From positions 49,848,001 through 49,912,000 of the forward strand of contig CM060734.1 in NCBI GenBank assembly GCA_030704615.1: 64,000 nt of DNA, given 5' to 3'. The DNA is from Takakia lepidozioides. Lineage: Eukaryota; Plantae; Bryophyta. Within the stretch, counting starts at the first letter, position 1; each line of letters begins with the position of its first letter. Below are positions 1 to 11,559 of the stretch, in pieces. The notes beneath the pieces are model-generated. The model did not search any database, was not told the DNA's origin, and saw only the letters and a list, made by a program, of their open reading frames with translations. Position numbers and translations under genes: made by a program.

Positions 1-1587
1 AGTTGGCGATGCATAGTCTGCATATCTGGCTTGATGTATGTCTTTGTGTGTTTGTCCAGGGATTGTGTCCAATGGAAAAGACATGTACGTTCTCTTCCCG
101 ACATTGGTACTTTTGGGTCTCCCGTCCCGAACACAATGCGGACAGCGTTGAAGTTAGCTTGAGCACTATCGGCCATGAAACCAACAAAATTGGGAGATGG
201 GAGACCATTGGAGGCCATAACTCGAATGAGAGCTTCCCACATGAGCTGTTGTGAATCTGTGTCCTCTGACTGCATGTCACACACTGCAATTGTCATGACC
301 CGCTGGTACACAGGGTCGTAAACATGACATGCCATTGTGGTCCAGTCTTTAACCCTCTTGACATGATCGAACATAAGGAAGTAGTTGCCAAGATCGCCAC
401 CCTTCTGCATACGTTTAACCAGGCTGACCCCGCTGCCCTCACCTTTTGTGGACATTTTGAACAAGAACATTTTCCTGGCTCCTTGTCCCGGGAAAACGTT
501 GTCTTGGATGTAGTCATACATGCTCCTTTTCTTCAAATCCATAATATTGTCCATATAACCTCGGCTCCCAAAGCCCATTCTTAAAGCGTTCACCTAATTC
601 CTAATGTTTGGAGAAGTCAAAGTTGAGAAATGGTCCATAACAGTGTCCAAAGCCGATCCCTCCAGTATTCCTCCAACCGAATTTGATGCACACAGAATAC
701 GGCTTTCCAGAAAGGACTTGCTCGCCCCCATGGCAATTGCAGATGTGGTTCCAGTTGGATTGGTATCCCACTCTTGCCTTATTAGATGCGAGACTGTGTC
801 AACGCTCTCCCTATAATCCCCCTTGGACACAGGGTGGTTGTGAAAACCGAAATGGACACAGGCTCTAGTCAGGGTTTTGAATCGATGCACCACATAATAC
901 ATTCTGGCGCCACACAAAGCAAGGCAGCAAGGTGGTACCCTACAGAACTTGCACACAAAAGTGTTACTGTATGGTGGTGTCACCCCAGGCTTGAATGGAT
1001 TCTCACTGACACCATCCCATTCGCTTTGGTTTTGCACACCTGACAATGCGAAGTGTCTGCATTTCATGTTCTCGCATTCCAGGTGCCCATTATAGACTGT
1101 TCGCCTGAATATGAGGTTGTCGTTGTTGTGAAAATTGGAGGTTTTTGTGCGGCACCAAGGGTGCCCATCGTGCTTTTTGTCCATTCCTTCCAGGAGACTA
1201 GAAATGCCCCCCAAGCGACCAGGAGGAGGCAGCTCGAAAACAGTATTACCATCAAAAGATTCCGGCAAGAATGCCACCCTCTGAATATTGAAAGTGCTCC
1301 AGTCTATCCCCCTCAACTCACTCTTGAATCCTGCCATCCCACCCATGGCTTTCAGTTTAGGAATGACACTGGTGATCTCCTCCACATCTGCTTCTACATG
1401 TGGACATGGCTGATCCACGGGCGGTATTGCACATGTGTCATTGGAGGATGAGTCCGAAAGCTCAACTACAGTGTTAACGGTACTCGTCTCCTTCTTGACA
1501 ACCACGGGTGTTTTCTCCTGGGCCACTGATGCTGCCGTGCCAGGAGTTACGAAAGATCCTGCAGATTGTCTCAGAGGAGCACTGAGC
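1..1587 (-). pseudogene. Mutator-like (MULE) transposase, 3' part: GCM/WRKY-like Zn domain followed by MULE DDE domain; one in-frame stop; runs off the window
   Basis: ORF 594-1526 (HPWCRTKTSN...CENMKC...CKFC...HFGFHNHP, GCM-like) continues in frame past a single TAG at 594-596 into FDHVKRVKDWTTMACHVYD...FMADSAQANFNAVRIVFG...CLFHWTQSL, which fits the MULE D...D-x2-A-x2-NAV...CxFH pattern. Confidence 0.75.
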
Positions 1588-1943
1588 TGTCAAGTTAAAT
1601 AAGCACAGTGTGAAAACAGTTAGAATAAAACTAGTTATTTGTATTTAACACTTGGATTTAGGTCAAGTGTTAAATCAGGTGTCAAGTTTAGTTTGACACC
1701 TGGTCTGTCTTATCTTCACGAGAGCGGCAGTCGCGCAGCTCATCTCTCTCGAGTTGAGCCTGCGCGACCGAGCTCCTGCATGTGTTTAGGTTTTAGTGTG
1801 CTTATGTAGGGATACAGGTTGTTGTGGGGTGGAGTCCCCATAGCTTGGGGTGCCCCTGGCTCGACTTCAGTTTCAATGAGTGATAGCGATGGATTTTATA
1901 TTTCTTGTGTTGGGAGTGTATGTCCTTTCAAGCTTCTTTATCA
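1588..1943 (+). repeat. 5' terminal repeat (LTR segment B)
   Basis: Matches 13153-13507 with only two C/T differences that I could find; ends TTTATCA; contains hairpins at 1643-1675, 1676-1702 and 1730-1768. Confidence 0.95.
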
Positions 1944-1961
1944 CTCGAGAGAGATGAGCTG
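1944..1961 (+). promoter_or_regulatory. Primer-binding-site position sequence complementary to the element's own LTR (putative self-priming)
   Basis: CTCGAGAGAGATGAGCTG is the exact reverse complement of CAGCTCATCTCTCTCGAG at 1736-1753; there is no TGG tRNA-type PBS. Confidence 0.75.
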
Positions 1962-2327
1962 TTACCTGTGAGTGCAAGGTAGGAGTTGTGGGTTAGCACT
2001 TGCAAGATTACCTGTGTGTAAGTAGTGCTTAGTTTGAGAAGCATATCATTGAATGTGATCACAAGATTCAGCGTGCCCTGAAACGCCTGGAGGATGACGA
2101 TGCCGGAGCCGCCACTGTTATTGCAGTCGCTAAAGCTACCAAGTCACCAGAGGCTTTGGAGTACACGAGGAGAGACTTAAAAATGCAGCAGCAAATGCTA
2201 GTTGGCACCTATGCGTGATCCTTGAAGCTGGATGATTGTTTCCCCAGTAAGCTTAGAGAGAAGCTCTACCGTGCAGCATGGAGCAGCGCTGGCAAGCGGT
2301 GAACGCTGATACCTGCACTCTTGCAGT

Positions 2328-2420
2328 CTTGGAGTCCAAGCTAGGACACAGGGAATATGACCGGTCAACAACCAAGGTGCTGCATTTGATCAACAATCCT
2401 GAAGTGGAGGGAGAATTGCG
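2328..2420 (+). pseudogene. MAD1: Captured fragment resembling spindle checkpoint protein MAD1
   Basis: Translates LESKLGHREYDRSTTKVLHLINNP, which resembles the conserved MAD1 segment SKLGHGDY...TKVLHM..NP. Confidence 0.65.
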
Positions 2421-2690
2421 ATGGCCGCAGTAGCGCCATCTGCAGCGGAGGTGCGGGCGCTGTTGAGAGGCTTTCTCAGAGAAGCGTGAAGATTTACGCA
2501 CTATAATGTGCGGGAGTACGTGAAACGGCGAAGTCGGGAAGCGTTTAAGGACAATTCCGAGCTGTCGGATCTTTCCAGCGTTGTCTCTGCTTTCAATCAG
2601 GGGAAGCAGCAGTTGGAATTGACCAGGCGGCAATCGGTTGTGTATTCGTTGTATCAACCTCGAATGACGAGTGTAATGGACTTGAAGATT
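2421..2690 (+). pseudogene. ISD11: Captured near-full-length LYR-motif protein ISD11/LYRM4 with one in-frame stop
   Basis: MAAVAPSAAEVRALLRGFLREA*RFTHYNVREYVKRRSREAFKDN...GKQQLELTRRQSVVYSLYQPRMTSVMDLK; the YNxREYxxRR signature is recognisable. Confidence 0.75.
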
Positions 2691-3263
2691 CGCAAGGGGG
2701 ACTCGGACTCAAGGACTCGATTCTGCTGGGAAGAAAAGGATTTTGGTCTGCAGATTGGATAGTCCATTCCGATTGTACATCCGCCCGTCAAACTTGCATA
2801 ATAACGTGGAAAGTTTAGGTTTCAGGCTGTCCTGTGTGCTTGATGTGAAATGGTTGAGTGGAATAGTAAAATCTCTAAGAATGTAACAGGCTCGAGACAA
2901 AGTCAAAAGCTGGACTCTGCAGGTGAAGGGGAGTTTTCTTCTGGTTTTCTTTCATTTGGTGAGCATGCCGGGAGCGTGGAGGTGTGAGGAGTGGCAGGGC
3001 TGTCATCAGTTGCATCTTTCTCAGCTGCTGTGTGTTTCACTAGTTGAACATCTTCGAAGCTGAATTACGGCTTAATTGGAAACCCGTACCCTGCTACTTC
3101 TGCCTATCAAGGTTATGGTGGGGGTGGATCAGGGGGGCAGGTGTTCCAGCTCCAGTTGTGTGCATATGTAACCTACCTCCCCGTAATCTCTTTTAGTTCT
3201 CCTCTAGGAGAGGTTACTTACTTGGACTGACAGGACCTGGATCAGTCTGGAAGAAAGTTTGAC

Positions 3264-3480
3264 CTGCGAATAACGTCCGTCCTTGTGATCCTTCTTCCTG
3301 TTCAAGAACCAGTCAGGTATCTTGAACTGCCGGGGATTCGCGACAATCACCATCAAGTTCTCCAGCTCCGCACCCGACAGCTCACCAGCTCTCTTGCTGG
3401 TGTCGACGTCCGCCTTCTTGCAGACCAGGTTAGCGAAACGGCGCCCCACTCCCTTGATGGAGGTCAAAGCAAACATGATC
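3264..3480 (-). pseudogene. RPS18: Captured internal fragment of 40S ribosomal protein S18 (uS13)
   Basis: [26 protein letters not shown]...RAGELS...[25 protein letters not shown]; N- and C-termini are absent. Confidence 0.93.
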
Positions 3481-4205
3481 GCTACCTGAATTGAGATAGT
3501 GCCTTGCCCTATCGGAGTATGCAGACCTATGCTCCAAGCTTCAACTAAATGACGAAGCTGATCTGGTTACTCTCCACTTTGTGGATAGTCCAACACAGTT
3601 GCCTTTGTCAATAAGCTCCTTCACCACTTCCACATTTGACACTAGGTCCGAAGATTGTCTGAAGAGAGAGCAAGTGCAGATGGCAGCTGCCCACCAGGTT
3701 CTGACAGAGTATCATCAGGGCTTGTCCCTGCATTAGGGATGGCTCGAGTGCTTGCATCACGGGAAATAGATGCCTGACGCTGCACAGGCCACCACCATCG
3801 CCATAGCCATCCACCCGAGCTCGAGAGTCGTCGCTGGAGCAAAGCAGCTCACTAAGCGAGCAAGTCTGTGGTGCATCTGTAACCACAAATGAAACCCGGG
3901 AACGGTTCTTAATGGCGGGAACGTTTTGGTGTTAAAAAAAAAAAAAAAAAACTTTGATATAATTTAAATGATTTAGAGCCTGGTTGGTCATAACTTTGTC
4001 AAATGGACTCCGTTTGACTCAGTTTTTGGGTGGATAGCTGCAGAAAGGGGAAATCTACCTATCTAGACCTGGTTTCTGTTTTTGGGACTCTGCTAAAAAT
4101 CTATGGAATTTTTAGAGTGTGAGTGTGCCATGAAAGATCCACAATCCTGTTTCTAGAACCTGTGCTGGTCTATATTAGAGACAAATCTGTGGATGTACTC
4201 CTTGT

Positions 4206-4955
4206 ATGGCTGGGGGAAATGAGGACGTAATTGAAGGGCAGGTCTCTTCTCTTAGCCTGTGCACACAAGGGGACAGGATCTATGTTTCCCAAGGAACTCA
4301 GACTGATTTGAGTGGAGAACAGTTGGACGAGTTGATTGCATACTGGGAGTCAGGCATTAGCAGTAGACAACAGACTGCTGTAGTTGGCATTGAGGGCCTC
4401 AATATCGCCTTGGACAGTCAGAACTCTGTTGGAGCCAGCAGTTCTGCAGCTGTAAGTGAAATACCAAAGTGGGTGAAAGCTAGGCTTGGAACACAGCCAA
4501 AGACAGCCCCGGGGACCAAGGTGTTCAGCCACAAGGCCGTGGTGTACTGGAGCAGAGGAGCAGGAGCTGCACAAGTTTGTGCAATTAGACAGTGTTGCAG
4601 TCGGACACGCTCTGCACAAGGCAACCACGAGCGGGGGTTCATTAGCGAGGACAAGTTTGTTCTGTTTGAAGGCGATCCAGTCATTCGCAATGAAGACACC
4701 CGCAACCGTCTCAAAGCTTTCGAGTTGAGAGACTATCAGACCCTACCTTTGTTTTCTTTAGTGTTCAGTGAGCGGGAGATAGCAGAGTGTTGCTTTGTCT
4801 CTACCTGGCAGAAAGAGGAGGAGGGTTGGTTAGAGCGAGCTACTGTAGCTTGGGACAAGGTTAGTGGCAGGTTTCTGGACATAGATATACCTCCTACACC
4901 TTACCATCAAGCAGAGCGAGGCACTTTGAGAGAAGTCTGGAAGTTGATAGCATAG
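4206..4955 (+). CDS. Additional 249-aa ORF upstream of gag, unknown function
   Basis: Intact ATG-to-stop ORF inside the retroelement, same strand as gag-pol; no recognisable domain. Confidence 0.55.
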   Translation: MAGGNEDVIEGQVSSLSLCTQGDRIYVSQGTQTDLSGEQLDELIAYWESGISSRQQTAVVGIEGLNIALDSQNSVGASSSAAVSEIPKWVKARLGTQPKTAPGTKVFSHKAVVYWSRGAGAAQVCAIRQCCSRTRSAQGNHERGFISEDKFVLFEGDPVIRNEDTRNRLKAFELRDYQTLPLFSLVFSEREIAECCFVSTWQKEEEGWLERATVAWDKVSGRFLDIDIPPTPYHQAERGTLREVWKLIA

Positions 4956-5654
4956 ATCAGGATTAGATCTTGCTTGGGCGGGCTTCTATTCTTCCCCTCC
5001 ATCTCTGTACTATTTTCATTACCTTGTACTTGTAGTTGCCAAAGCCTCTCTGGTGGAGGCCAGTCAGTCCGGGGTCTTGGGCTGGGATATTCTGCAGGAT
5101 CAGCGTTGCTGCTGGATTTTGGTGTGGGGGTGTTGATGTTTTGATTTCTTGTGTTTGGATCCCCCCCAACACCTGCATGCTTGACTGTGCGCCATGTTGG
5201 TTTTGTGTGGGCGCTTGCTTTCATAGGGATTAGGCCGGATTTGATCACCGGTCAATCCTAGAGTATGCTGTCGGTGGTGAGGCTGGAGTGATGACCAGCA
5301 AGACCACCAGTGTTTCTTCTATGGTGAGGCTGGGTTGATGACCAGCCAACCATAGGAGTTCTTGCGGTGGATGCAGGTGCAGGTGCCCTGAGCCATTGGG
5401 ATATGACCCTTAGACTGCAACAGGTGCCCACCCGTGTCACTATTAGATTAGTACTAGAGCCTTATAGTGTCACTGGAGGAGGTGCACATTGTGAGTGTCA
5501 TTACGGAGTTACCCAAGGGTTTTGAGGGGAGTACGGCTACAGGCAGTAACAGTGAGAGTGGGTTCACAAGACGAGGTATTCGGTTCAGACCACCTTCACC
5601 GCCCCCTCAATTACTGTAGAGTCAGACACAGGCTCGGAGGCTTCATCAACAGGT

Positions 5655-6960
5655 GTGCACTTTCATTCGCCATTGTTGTGGGACGACATGGAGGAGATGT
5701 ATGGAGCTACCAAGGGGCCTCGTAGGTACTCTGGAGCTGTGGGCACAATCGAGTTGGATGACTTTATCCAGGAGTTCGACAGCTGGTGTGATTTGCAGCA
5801 GATGCGCAATCCACATCTATTCACCCCATTCATGGCGTGGAAGGGACTGTTCCAGCATTTGGAAGGCCCGCCTATGGACGATTACCACGAGTTCAGGCGA
5901 GGACATGAAGCAGAGATTGAGGAGTGGAGGATGTATTGGTCACCTGACTACATCTCCATTACTCGAGGCATGACGCGACCAGTAGCTGCATCAGTACCAA
6001 TAGCTCCCACTGCCAGCACTAGTAGTGGAGCAGGTAGTGCTGGTACTTCTGCAGGTGGTACCAGTTCAGAAGGTGCTACTACTCCTCCTGCCACAGCTAC
6101 AACACATGTGCCTAGATTCAACCCGGTGGTGGAGTTCTTCCAGGAGTTGCGGAGGAACTACCAAGGTGTACGGACAGAGAAGCTGCGAAGTTTGCAAGAC
6201 TTCCAGCGCAAACCCAGTGAGAGCCTGCGAGAGGCGTACACTCGTATGAGGCGCTTGATAAGTGTGACCCAAGGGGTTACTGAAGCTCAGGCAATCCAGT
6301 TTTGGTATGGAATTCTGGACAAGGAGCTCAAGAGAAGGGTGCGAGATGCAACCCTGTTACAAGCAGCCCAACCCACATTAGCAGATGTGTTTCTGCTGGC
6401 TGAGCGGATTGAGCTCAACATGGTGGAGGAACGAGTTGTTACAATTGGATTTGGCAAGGACATGCCTGTACGGGGCACAGCTGTCAGCCCACAAGCACAA
6501 GGGACTGCCCAACAGCGTGGTCAGGGGGGCAAGGTTGCCCAGCCCAAGTTCCATGGAGCTTACAGGGGCCTCAGGTGCAAAGGCCCGTGGCATCTTTTGC
6601 AGGCCAACAGCAACCAGGGGTGATATGTTGGACATGTGGAGGACCCCATGTCAAGAGAGATTGCCCAGAGAGTGGCAGAAGGCCGGCACAAGCACAGCCT
6701 GCACAGTTGCAGTGTGGGCATTGTGGCAATATGGGCATGGAGATGCCCAGTGTTATGACTTGCATCCTGAGTTGCGCCCAGGCCAGTTCCAAGGGAACAA
6801 TGGTGGCCGGGGGCGAGGTGGACCAGCCCAAAGAGGACGAGGTGGTCGGGCACGAGGTGCAGGCCAAGGGCAACCTCCACATGGCCAAGGACGCGGAGGT
6901 CAGGGTGTTGACCAAGGCATGGCCAATCGGCTTCAGCAGCTAGAGCAGAGGCTCGCTGCC
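5655..6960 (+). pseudogene. gag: Gag with two zinc knuckles (frameshifted)
   Basis: Retrotransposon gag-like LQDFQRKPSESLREAYTRM...QFWYGIL; CWTCGGPHVKRDC and CGHCGNMG-HGDAQC lie in adjacent frames (frameshifts near 6567 and 6735). Confidence 0.85.
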
Positions 6961-7689
6961 ATGGCTATAGCTCAGGCGGTACCGGCTCCCAGGCGGGATG
7001 GCCCACCTCCTGCTCCTGAGGGAGGAGATATGGGCGGAATGGGATTCATGTGCGGAGCAGCACTACCATTAGAGCAGGTGGGGTCTGCTGCAGCCGTGAC
7101 TCGAGGAGCAACACGAGTTCCTGAGCCACGAGGTGCAGAGGTGGAGTTGGATCCACAACGTGGGGAGGCAAGCCGTCAGGCAAGGCTGCCTCAGTCATTC
7201 ACCTTGGCGGAGACAGTGTCAACGCCATCCATGGCACCTAGTTCTCGCCCGACTGTTACCGAGGCGGAGGTTACTATGCCATTGGGGAGAGCTACACGTG
7301 CAGCACTGACACCTGCTACCAAGGCTAGTGCAGCCGGTGTGTTATTGGGAGCAGCCACCTCTGTGTGTCAAGCCCCATTGTTCTCGGCAACCATGATTGC
7401 GACGCCGGGGGTGAGGCCAGCTGCAGTGTTCAGACTAGCAGCAACACTCTGTGAGAGTGGGGAGGTCACTTCATCTTCTGCGGAGTTAGTGGAAGGTGTA
7501 GTGGCAGAGGGATCCTCGGATTTGAGGGTCAAGACTGCCACGGCAGCGCCCTGGCAAGCTGCAGCTGCCAGATTGACGGAGCTGCCAGCTAGGCCAGCCT
7601 TTGAGCGCGCCATGGTGACACCTGGAGTTGTCTTGTTAGACAACCAGGGAGGCATTTTCACTTTGAGTGGACCGGCAGGCAAGAAGTAC

Positions 7690-7990
7690 CGGCCACTGCG
7701 GGTCTTGTTGGACTCAGGAGCTCAGCCACTGATGTTGGGCAGAGCTGCTATTGCAGGTTTGGGCCTCATGGAGGCGGATATGGAGCCTTGTCCTTTCCAG
7801 ATACAGACATCTCTGGGAGGATCAGAGCAGGCTCGCGGCATGACACGGCATCAGTTGGCTATTAGACTGCAGCCGGATCATCCTGTAGATGGCTCAGTGA
7901 TGCGAGCCAAGGCCATTGTGACAGACGCGGTCTCTTACGATGTCCTCGTTGGTGGGGCAGTGTTATACCCCATGGGCTTCACCCTGGATT
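7690..7990 (+). CDS. Aspartic protease domain of the polyprotein
   Basis: RVLLDSGAQ active-site motif and downstream YDVLVG motif in ORF 6385-9669. Confidence 0.85.
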
Positions 7991-8421
7991 TCTGGGAGGA
8001 GTCAGCATCCTACAGGCCTGGATGGCAGTCAGGGGATGGTCGCCGTGCACAGCTCCCTGTGACATTCATTGGGGGTATTGCAGCTGCTCAGCGGGGCAAG
8101 ATGCCAACACTAGCCGCCTTCACAGCTGCAGTCAGCTGGCCTGGAGAGTTGCTGGAAGGCAATGCCATGCAGAGGATGTGCCACCTCCAGCAGAGCAGGA
8201 TGACATGCATGGTACGGCGGAGTTGCCTGCCATGGTTGCTCACACCCGTTGTGGGGTACGAGCAAGATTTGCAGCAAGCTGCTGATGGACGGGTGCAACA
8301 AGCTTGGGAAGAAGCTTTTGTACCGTCAGGAGAGGAGGAGAGTGCGGTGATTGCACCAGGGCCACCTCAGTTGTCGCCATTGGACACCACACCTCTTGTA
8401 TGGCAGCGGCCGGATGAAGGC

Positions 8422-9383
8422 ATTTGCCTTCTGGACTTGTTTGGCGGGATCAGCACCGGATTGGCTGCTGTGCTACAGGCAGGTGTGCGGGTAAGGCGTT
8501 ACCTGTATGTGGAGAGGGATGAGACTGCACGACGCGTCTCACTGCGCCATGTGGCTCAGTTGGTACAGCAGTACCCTGACTTGTTGCCTGTGTCTGCAGT
8601 TCGTGGATACCAACAAGCCTTGCCAGCAGACATTTCCTTGTTGGGGGCGCAAGATTTGGAGCAGGTTGGCTCCATTGATCTGATAGTGGCAGGTTGGCCC
8701 TGCCAAGGGCATTCATCAGCCGGGCATGGCAATGGATTGCGAGACTCGAGGACGGGTCTGTTTTGGGAGATGGTGCGGATTTTGCGCTGCTTGCAGCTTC
8801 ATCAAGCTGTATCTCCAGCATACATCTTGGAGAATGTACCACTGATGGGTGATTCTCGGGCCAGGGTGATGGCCAGTGTGCATCAAGTCCGGTCGTGGCT
8901 TGGGTCAGCAGTGTTGCTGGATGCAGCTGCAGTGGGGTCACGGGCTCATCGTCCACGACTATGGTGGACTAACTTGATGCCACCCGCACTGCTCAAGCGT
9001 GCATTTGATGGGGTGCAGCGGCCAGCACACCTCACCGTGGATGGCATTTTGGACACAGGAAGGCAGTCTCAACGTGTGAGACACGATGACCGTTCGCCTT
9101 TGGCAGTGGTCAACAGGGTGGGTCAACCACGAGCAGCATTACCTACACTGCTCAGCTTCCCAGGATCCCATGCTTTTCGGGATGGTGGACCTGGCCTCCT
9201 GTGGGATGCTCAGTTGCAGCAGTTAGTGGAGCCTAATGCCGACGAGCGAGAGCGGGCTATGGGGTTTTCCACTGGGACCACGGCGGTGCCTTCTCTTTCT
9301 GAGGCATCACGTCGTCAGGTGTTGGGGCAAGCAATGGATCTCAATTGCTTGACCTGGATTGTCAGCTTGGCTATGGCTGAGCA
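8422..9383 (+). CDS. C5-cytosine DNA methyltransferase domain (DNMT3-like) within the polyprotein
   Basis: Uninterrupted motifs in canonical order: I DLFGGISTG, II YVERD, III DI, IV IDLIVAGWPCQG (catalytic PC), V RTGLFWE, VI ILENV, VIII AHRPRLWWTN, IX ERERAMGF, X RRQVLGQAM. Confidence 0.93.
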
Positions 9384-9830
9384 ACGTAGAGTGCGGAGTG
9401 CACTTCCCTTGACGGTCTCTCTGCCTACCGAGACGGTACAGGCAGCGAGTGGGGGCGAGCCGGTGAGGACCACGAGGTGTAGACATCCATGGCACATGTG
9501 GGAGGTGCTCGAGGTTCAGAGGGAGTTGGCAGCGAAGGCAGCTGTGATGGATGAGGTTGGGGATTCTTCTCGGGATGAGGAGGTTCTCAATGATGAGATG
9601 ATGGGGCAGGATGAGGCCTTGTCATTGACTGAGCAGGAAGGGGGTACTGCTCAAGAGGTTGCAGCATAGCAACCAGCGGGACGACGTCCTCTACCTCTAA
9701 GCCCACTGGACTTAAGGTTGCAGTTACGGAGGACAATTGGGAGCCTGGCATTGGACCCATTGTCACCGGAGGAGAGAGACGACGTATACGGCGGTTCCTG
9801 AGGGCTTACAGGAATTGCTTTGCCTTCAGT

Positions 9831-11160
9831 TTGAAGGACTTGGGAGCACTGAAGGGTCAAGAGATCCGTATTGAGTTGGCCACTGACACGCCAATCTTTC
9901 GGAGACCCTATAGATACAGTGACATGGAGAGGTCTTTGATTCAGATGAGGACTCAAGATCTCTGGGAGGCAGGTTTGGTGGAGCTCTCTGGTGGAGAGTA
10001 TGCTTCAGCCACAGTGATGCCAGCCAAGAAGGATGTCTATGGCAATTGGACGGAGAGACGTATGTGCGGTGATTACCGGCCTGTAAATCGTCAGACCAAG
10101 TCCGATAGGTATGCCATGCCAACACCAGAGGAGATCTTTGATGCCATTGGGCATTCCAAGGTCTTTAGCACGTTGGATTTACGATCCGGATATCACCAGT
10201 TGCCGATCAAGGAGGCGGATAAGCAAAAGACGGCATTCTGGGGGATCAATGAGCACGGGAAGGATTGCCTATACCAGTGGCGGTTCTTACCATTTGGGCT
10301 TAAAAACGCTCCCGCTGAGTTTCAAAGAGTCATGGACAGGATTCTAGCAGGGGTGGAGTTTGCTCGGTGCTACATAGATGACATCATCATCTTTAGTGCT
10401 GCGGTGGAGGAGCATGAGAGACACCTTCAGGGGGTATTTGAGCGCTTGAGGACGCACGGATTGAAGTTACATCCGGGCAAGTGCAAGTTTTTCCACAACC
10501 AGATTGAGTATCTGGGTCACATGATATATCCTGGAGGATTGGGGGTACAGCAGACTAAGGTAGAGTCCATTGCACAGGTTCCACGTCCCACGGATGTGAG
10601 CCGAGTTCGAGCTTTCATGGGGTTAGCAAACTATTACAGACGGTTTGTTAAGGGATTTAGTGCCATTGCAAAGGCTCTAACCAAGCTGACCAAGGTGGAC
10701 CAGGAGTGGCAGTGGGAAGATGAGCAAGAACAAGCTTTTCAAGAGCTCAAGGCGAGGTTGACCTCGGCGCCCATCTTGAGACGACCTATCAGGGGGCGTC
10801 CTTTTCAGCTGCATACAGATTGGAGCATGCTGGGGCTTGGAGCGGTGCTCACACAGGTGGATGATGAGGGAAGAGAGTTCGTAGTGGCTTATGCTAGTCG
10901 CTCGAACAATGCTGCAGAGTCTAAGTATAGCTCATATGAGGGAGAATGCTTAGCTGCAGTGTGGGCCGTGGCACACTTCAGGTGCTATCTATACGGCAAT
11001 CTCTTCACCCTTGTCACGGATCACCAACCACTCAAGTGGTTGATGGAGTCAGACAAGCTTACGGGGAAGCTTGCACGGTGGGCACTCATCCTTCAAGAGT
11101 ATGACTTTCAGGTGGTGCATCGACCGGGTTTGGTCAATCGAAATGCAGATGGGTTGAGTC
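9831..11160 (+). CDS. pol: Reverse transcriptase and RNase H
   Basis: [31 protein letters not shown]; RNase H TDWS...EGECLA...TDHQPL; preceded by TAG at 9667-9669 and a frameshift. Confidence 0.95.
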
Positions 11161-11559
11161 ACAATCCATGCACGAGCCAGCAGGATGACACTGGAGCTCG
11201 GTGGCATGGTGAGACGGACGAGGAGATGGTGCCCGGATGGCATGCATCTGCATTTCTGTGTATCTTGGCAGCGGAAGGCCAGGTTGGACCTACAACAGGG
11301 ATGACTGTAGATCAAGTGTCTGAGGACCCTGAGGCCAGCAATGAGCAGGGTGGCGCCAAAGATATACATGAGGATTCAGTTGTGTTGGACTACCTCCGCA
11401 TTGGAGACACGGCAGCCACTATGACTGCCAAGGAGAGGGATCGGATCCTACAACGAGCCAAGAGGTTCAGGTGGGAGGGGACACACCTGCTCCGAGTGTG
11501 GGAGGATGGTCGAGTGAGGATTGTGCCTCACCCAACACAGCGGGCACGGTTAGTGCGGC

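Noticed and set aside
3204-3476. Functional RPS18 gene
   Set aside because: Internal fragment only, no flanking exons, and located inside a retrotransposon.
6385-9669. Stand-alone host DNMT gene of 1094 aa
   Set aside because: The ORF is a frameshifted piece of gag-pol; its first ~115 aa are off-frame, and it includes the gag tail and protease.
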